This document shows, piece by piece, positions 59,171-64,000 of a stretch of 64,000 nucleotides of DNA. The translations under genes and the position numbers were made by a program. This DNA is from Lachnospiraceae bacterium (lineage in GTDB: Bacteria; Bacillota; Clostridia; Lachnospirales; Lachnospiraceae). The stretch covers positions 27,492 through 91,491 of the forward strand of contig JAZSEW010000026.1 in assembly GCA_045531895.1 (NCBI GenBank), read 5' to 3'. The notes beneath the pieces were generated by a model. It ran no database searches. It saw only the letters and a list, made by a program, of their open reading frames with translations, and was not told the DNA's origin. Numbering within the stretch: the first letter of the stretch is position 1; each line of letters opens with the position of its first letter.

Positions 59171-59225
59171 GGGTTGAGAAGGCTACAAAAGAAAAAGTTT
59201 TTCTGGGGAAAGTGAGGAATTCTAT

Positions 59226-59585
59226 ATGATGCAGGAAAAGAGAAGAAGTAAAAGACTTCCGATACAGTTAGAACTGGTAGTATCAAAGTTGTTTCGTCAA
59301 GAAGCAGCAGAAACTATTGAAACAGATGCTCCTATTCAGGTGGTTGATGTGTCAAAGCTTGGTATTGGATTTGTAACAACCAATGATTTACCAATAAACT
59401 ATTATTTTAATGCAAGATTGGAACTTGGAAGTTCGGAAAATTCGCTTTACTGTGTTGTTCAGATAATCCGCAAAACTCCAAAAGAAGACGGAAGCCAGTT
59501 ATACGGCTGTGAATTTGTAGGACTTGCTCCGGTACTTGGTGGCGTATTTGACGAATATGAAAGAATGCTGGCAGAAGAAAATTAG
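59226..59585 (+). CDS. Stand-alone PilZ-domain protein (putative c-di-GMP receptor)
   Basis: RRSKRLP (RxxxR) near the N-terminus and DVSKLGIGF (D/NxSxxG); 119 aa. Confidence 0.75.
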   Translation: MMQEKRRSKRLPIQLELVVSKLFRQEAAETIETDAPIQVVDVSKLGIGFVTTNDLPINYYFNARLELGSSENSLYCVVQIIRKTPKEDGSQLYGCEFVGLAPVLGGVFDEYERMLAEEN

Positions 59586-59598
59586 TTTATAAACTACG

Positions 59599-59636
59599 GA
59601 CTATCGTTTTGTGCGACAAAACGATAGTCTTTTTTT
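59599..59636 (+). terminator. Rho-independent terminator after the PilZ gene
   Basis: gactatcgttttgt / acaaaacgatagtc, a 14-bp perfect stem followed by ttttttt. Confidence 0.9.
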
Positions 59637-59744
59637 GCTCAGAAGTGTACAATATAAAAAAATTGTGGTACAATATCCATAATGGGTAAAAAGGTGCCTT
59701 GATTGCACGACCAGCTATGAAAAAGGAGAAATGGGGTAAGTAAT

Positions 59745-62657
59745 ATGAAAAATTTAACAAATTTAAGAGAATACACACTGATAAAAACGGAGGAATTGCC
59801 GGATTTAAAGGGAACCGGTTATTATCTGCGTCACAAAAAGTCCGGTGCAAGAGTTGTATGGGTAGAAAATGAGGATGATAATAAGGTTTTTTCTATTGCC
59901 TTTCGTACACCGCCAACGGATTCTACCGGCGTGGCTCATATTATCGAGCATACGGTATTATGCGGTTCAGAGCACTTTCCGGCAAAAGACCCATTTATTG
60001 AATTGGCAAAGGGGTCTTTAAATACTTTTTTAAATGCGATGACATTTCCGGACAGGACAATGTATTCGGTGGCAAGCTGTAATATGCAGGATTTTAAGAA
60101 TCTGATGCATGTGTATTTGGATGCAGTTTTTTATCCGAATATTTATAAGAGAGAAGAAATTTTTAAACAGGAAGGCTGGCATTACGAACTGGAAAGCGAG
60201 GATGCTGAGCTGATTTATAATGGCATTGTATATAGTGAAATGAAGGGAGCATTTTCTTCTCCGGAACAGGTATTATCCCGCGTTTCCATGCATGCTATGT
60301 ATCCGGATACTGCTTATGGCGTAGAGTCCGGTGGTGACCCGGATTTTATTCCGGATCTGACCTATGCAGACTACCTGGACTTTCACAGAAGATACTATCA
60401 TCCGGTAAACAGCTATATTTATCTGTACGGTGATATGGATATTGAAGAGCGCCTTTCCTGGATGGATAAAGAATATTTGTCCAAGTTTGAAGCAATAGAA
60501 CTGGATTCCGAGATTCAGAAGCAGCAGGAATTTGGTGAAATTCGCACAAAGACAGAGTATTATTCCGTGGAAGAGGAAAAAGAAGACGGCGTGTATTATT
60601 CCTATAATGTATTTCTTGGAGACTGGGCAAATTTAACAGAAGCAATTGCCTTTGAAATTTTAGATCAGGTTCTGTTTTCTAACCCAGGTGCGCCGGTAAA
60701 GCAGGCACTGATTGATGCAGGGCTTGGTGAAGATTTTATGTCCGGTATGACAAATCTGTTACAACCAAACTTCACGGTTGTGGCTAAAAATGCAAAGCCG
60801 GGTGACAGGGAGCGTTTTGCCGAGGTGCTTCGCAGTGCTTTGGAGAAGTGCGTTAAGGAAGGATTAAAAAAGACTACAGTGCTTGCTACAATTAATGCTC
60901 AGGAATTCCGTTACAGAGAAGCTGACTTCGGTCGTTTCCCGAAGGGACTTATGCACGGCATTAACTTGATGAGTACCTGGCTGTACGATGACAATGAGCC
61001 ATTTATTTATATGCATGCGAATAAGGTTTATGCAGAATTGAAAGAAAAGGCACAGACTGATTACTTTGAACAGTTAATTCAGAAATATTTCTTAGACAGT
61101 AACCATGGTGTGTTGTTGGAACTTGTTCCTAAGGCGGGGTTCAACGCGGAAAAGGATGCAAAACTGAAAGAAAAGCTGGCATCCTACAAGGCATCCTTAA
61201 GTAAAGCAGAAGTAATGCAACTGGTAGCAGATACCAAGGCATTGAGAGACTATCAGGATGAACCATCTACAAAGGAGCAGTTAGAGTCCATCCCGTTGCT
61301 TTCTATTTCTGATATTGAAAAGAAAGCGAAAGCCTTTAAAAACAAGAAGTTTTTAGAAGGCAAGGCAGAAGCGGTATGGCATAATATTTCTACAAGCGGC
61401 ATCAGCTATATCAGTATGATGTTTGATGCAAGAAAAGTGGCTGTAGAAGATGTGCCGTATATTGGCTTGCTTTCTGACGTGCTTTCACTTGTAAACACAG
61501 GACTGCATACTTATCAGGAACTGGTAGATGAACTGAACATGTATACCGGTGGCTTTGAGACAGCAATCCAGACATATGCAAAAATGAAAGACCACAAGGC
61601 ATTTTTGCCGTTGTTTGGTGTGTCTGTTAAAGCACTGACGGAAAATACAGAAAAGGCGTTGAAATTTTTACAGGAAATTTTGTTTGAGTCTGACTTTTCC
61701 GATAAGAAGCGTTTAAATGAAATTCTTCTGGAGTTGAAGTCCAGACATGAAATGAAGTTTATGGGTGCAGGTCATGCGGTAGCAATCGGCAGAGCGGCTT
61801 CTTACTATAGTGAAAATGCAGCTTTTGAGGAAGCAACCAAGGGCATTGAATACTATGAGTTTGTGAAAAAGCTAACTATGAATCTGGAAGAAAAAGCAGA
61901 GGAAATAAGTGCAGGCCTTAATAGAGTGGCCAAACAGCTTTTTACTAAGGAAAACCTGATTATCAGCCTGATTTGTGAAGAAGATGGAAAAAAAGCATTC
62001 GAAGAAAGTGTGGACAATATTTTAGAAGCAATGTATCCTGCTGCGAAGGGAAAAGAACTTCATATGCCGATAGTAAAGAAAAATGAAGGCTTTAAAACTC
62101 CGGGACAGGTACAGTATGTTATCCGCAGCGGAAATTTCTTAGATGCAGGTGTACCTTATCATGGCTCCTATGAAGTCTTGCAAACCTTGCTTGGGTATGG
62201 CTACCTCTGGAATGAAATCCGTGTCAAGGGTGGCGCATATGGTGGTGGTATTTCTCTCAACGGACTGACAGGTAATGCTTTCACTTATTCCTACCGAGAC
62301 CCGAATTTGGCAGAAACAAACCGTATTTATGAGGGAATGCCGGCTTATGTGGAAAACTTTGATGCAGATGAGCGTGAAATGACCAAGAATATCCTTGGAA
62401 CTATGAGTAATGTGGATGCACCGATGACACCAAGAACGGAAGGTATCCGTTCCTTTGTGGCATATCTGACAGGAAAGACGCTGGATGATATCCAAAAGAC
62501 CCGTGACGAAATTCTGGCAACCACAGCGGAAGATATACGCAAGACAAAGTCTTTGCTTACGGCATTGCTTGCAGCAGACTGCATTTGTACCGTTGGTTCT
62601 GCGGCAAAGGTAGAAGAATGCAAGGAAATGTTTGATGTTGTAAAGACGTTGATGTAA
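59745..62657 (+). CDS. M16C insulinase-family zinc metallopeptidase (PreP-like)
   Basis: 970 aa with the inverted zincin motif HIIEH near the N-terminus and E in the downstream LNAMTFPDRT region. Size and layout are typical of presequence-protease-like enzymes. Confidence 0.85.
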   Translation: MKNLTNLREYTLIKTEELPDLKGTGYYLRHKKSGARVVWVENEDDNKVFSIAFRTPPTDSTGVAHIIEHTVLCGSEHFPAKDPFIELAKGSLNTFLNAMTFPDRTMYSVASCNMQDFKNLMHVYLDAVFYPNIYKREEIFKQEGWHYELESEDAELIYNGIVYSEMKGAFSSPEQVLSRVSMHAMYPDTAYGVESGGDPDFIPDLTYADYLDFHRRYYHPVNSYIYLYGDMDIEERLSWMDKEYLSKFEAIELDSEIQKQQEFGEIRTKTEYYSVEEEKEDGVYYSYNVFLGDWANLTEAIAFEILDQVLFSNPGAPVKQALIDAGLGEDFMSGMTNLLQPNFTVVAKNAKPGDRERFAEVLRSALEKCVKEGLKKTTVLATINAQEFRYREADFGRFPKGLMHGINLMSTWLYDDNEPFIYMHANKVYAELKEKAQTDYFEQLIQKYFLDSNHGVLLELVPKAGFNAEKDAKLKEKLASYKASLSKAEVMQLVADTKALRDYQDEPSTKEQLESIPLLSISDIEKKAKAFKNKKFLEGKAEAVWHNISTSGISYISMMFDARKVAVEDVPYIGLLSDVLSLVNTGLHTYQELVDELNMYTGGFETAIQTYAKMKDHKAFLPLFGVSVKALTENTEKALKFLQEILFESDFSDKKRLNEILLELKSRHEMKFMGAGHAVAIGRAASYYSENAAFEEATKGIEYYEFVKKLTMNLEEKAEEISAGLNRVAKQLFTKENLIISLICEEDGKKAFEESVDNILEAMYPAAKGKELHMPIVKKNEGFKTPGQVQYVIRSGNFLDAGVPYHGSYEVLQTLLGYGYLWNEIRVKGGAYGGGISLNGLTGNAFTYSYRDPNLAETNRIYEGMPAYVENFDADEREMTKNILGTMSNVDAPMTPRTEGIRSFVAYLTGKTLDDIQKTRDEILATTAEDIRKTKSLLTALLAADCICTVGSAAKVEECKEMFDVVKTLM

Positions 62658-62711
62658 TTTGGAAAGAAAGAGGCCGGCTGCGGAAACGTAGTCCGGCTGT
62701 ATGGTGAAACT

Positions 62712-63623
62712 ATGAATGATCAAATGAAATCCGGATTTGTAACTTTAATTGGACGTCCGAATGTAGGAAAATCCACATTGATGAACCATCTTATCGGACA
62801 GAAGATTGCGATTACTTCCGATAAGCCACAGACAACCAGAAACCGTATTCAGACGGTATATACCGATGAAAGGGGACAGGTGATTTTTTTAGATACTCCG
62901 GGTATTCATAAGGCAAAAAATAAGCTGGGTGAATATATGGTAAAAGTGGCAAAAGATACCTTAAATGAAGTGGATGTAGTGCTCTGGCTGGTAGAGCCGA
63001 CTACCTACATCGGAGCCGGAGAACAGCATATTATTGAACAGCTTGGCAGAGTAAAAACACCGGTAATTCTCGTTATCAACAAGATTGACATGGTGAAAAA
63101 AGAAGAAATTATGGCGGCCATTGAGACATATCAGAGCAAGTATTCTTTTGCGGAAATTATTCCGGTTTCGGCCAAAAAAAAGGAGAATACAGACCGCCTT
63201 ATGGAATTGGTATTTAAGTACCTGCCGTATGGTCCGATGTACTATGACGAAGATACGGTAACTGACCAGCCGGAACGTCAGATTGCTGCAGAGTTGATTC
63301 GTGAAAAGGCGTTGAGACTACTTGGGGAAGAGGTACCGCATGGTATTGCAGTTACTATCGAAAAGATGAGAGAACGTGCAGACGGCTCCATGGTAGATAT
63401 CGAGGCAACCATTGTTTGCGAGAGAGATTCTCACAAAGGAATTATTATTGGCAAGCAGGGTATGATGCTGAAAAAAATCGGTACTAAGGCGAGAGAAGAA
63501 ATTGAACGCCTGTTTGAATACAAAGTTAATTTAAAATTGTGGGTCAAGGTAAAGAAAGACTGGAGAGATTCTGATATCCTTATGAAGAATTATGGTTACC
63601 GGGATAATCCGGATGCGTTTTAA
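62712..63623 (+). CDS. era: GTPase Era
   Basis: G1 GRPNVGKST, G3 DTPG, G4 NKID, and a C-terminal KH domain (VCERDSHKGIIIGKQG). Confidence 0.95.
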   Translation: MNDQMKSGFVTLIGRPNVGKSTLMNHLIGQKIAITSDKPQTTRNRIQTVYTDERGQVIFLDTPGIHKAKNKLGEYMVKVAKDTLNEVDVVLWLVEPTTYIGAGEQHIIEQLGRVKTPVILVINKIDMVKKEEIMAAIETYQSKYSFAEIIPVSAKKKENTDRLMELVFKYLPYGPMYYDEDTVTDQPERQIAAELIREKALRLLGEEVPHGIAVTIEKMRERADGSMVDIEATIVCERDSHKGIIIGKQGMMLKKIGTKAREEIERLFEYKVNLKLWVKVKKDWRDSDILMKNYGYRDNPDAF

Positions 63624-63741
63624 TACATGTTATATCATGGAAATTTTGTTTCCAATTCTTCCATAGGGTAATTATTGTTGCGTTGGAAATCCTAAGTATA
63701 TCAAAAAACAAACTTGTTTGGTGTGCGAAGGGAGAAGAACG

Positions 63742-63927
63742 ATGAAGACGTGGAACAATATGGACTCAGAAATGGAATTTGGACAGGAATTTTTACCGAG
63801 CCAGCAGTTTGGTGAAGCGACAGCAAATGATTACTGGCAGCGCTTTGCAAAAACAGGAAGTATTGCGGATTATTTAAATTATACGGCACACTCCCGGGGG
63901 GAGCACAGACCGAACGATATAAAGTAG
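63742..63927 (+). CDS. YqzL-like small protein
   Basis: An ATG lies 6 nt after gggaga. The segment DYWQRFAKTGSIADYLNY resembles the YqzL family. The era-yqzL-recO order matches Bacillus. Confidence 0.45.
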   Translation: MKTWNNMDSEMEFGQEFLPSQQFGEATANDYWQRFAKTGSIADYLNYTAHSRGEHRPNDIK

Positions 63928-63939
63928 TGAAGGTTATTT

Positions 63940-64000
63940 ATGACAGGACAAATACACTTAACCGGCATGGTATTAGTTTCCATGCCGGTTGGCGATTATG
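63940..64000 (+). CDS. recO: DNA repair protein RecO, first ~20 codons only (cut by window edge)
   Basis: MTGQIHLTGMVLVSMPVGDY matches the usual RecO N-terminus (.G.VL...P.GE.D). The position after era also fits. Confidence 0.45.
   Translation, partial: MTGQIHLTGMVLVSMPVGDY

Overview
This 64-kb chromosomal window looks like a moderate/low-GC Gram-positive anaerobe. Gene content and the DUF repertoire suggest Clostridia, possibly Lachnospiraceae-like, but this is inference only. I call about 56 densely packed protein genes, mostly housekeeping. They include a truncated ABC exporter, DJ-1, an alanine/cation symporter and glmM. A conserved block runs tig-clpP-clpX-lon-engB. Further genes are rho, rpmE, DUF1385-prmC-prfA, trkH-trkA, a TrmH-family methyltransferase, dapF, dCMP deaminase, glnS, CIRCE-controlled groES-groEL, guaB, an M16 peptidase and era-yqzL-recO (recO truncated). 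I saw no rRNA, tRNA, CRISPR array, intact transposase/integrase or prophage genes. The only mobile-element trace is a decayed Rpn-type nuclease tail at about 2.4-2.8 kb. Accessory content is dominated by c-di-GMP signalling: three GGDEF cyclases, one EAL phosphodiesterase with a degenerate GGDEF, one stand-alone PilZ, and a hybrid kinase/HPt plus tandem-receiver operon. There are also several uncharacterised gene pairs: VTC+DUF4956, LtaS-like+SH3/C39 lipoprotein, LURP-one+FliK-like, and DUF2225+DUF6062. The five signals I rate highest follow. (1) An approximately 400-nt imperfect palindrome with a multi-hairpin core fills the ORF-free 500-nt gap after groEL. (2) A TraX-7TM-PAS-GGDEF fusion heads a phosphorelay operon. 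(3) Rho carries a Q/P/Y/N-rich, tandemly repeated, prion-like N-terminal insertion. (4) The groES-groEL spacer is unusually long and tightly structured. (5) A bacterial VTC (polyphosphate-polymerase-like) gene is translationally coupled to a DUF4956 membrane gene. All functional calls rest on motif recognition by eye; no database search was possible.
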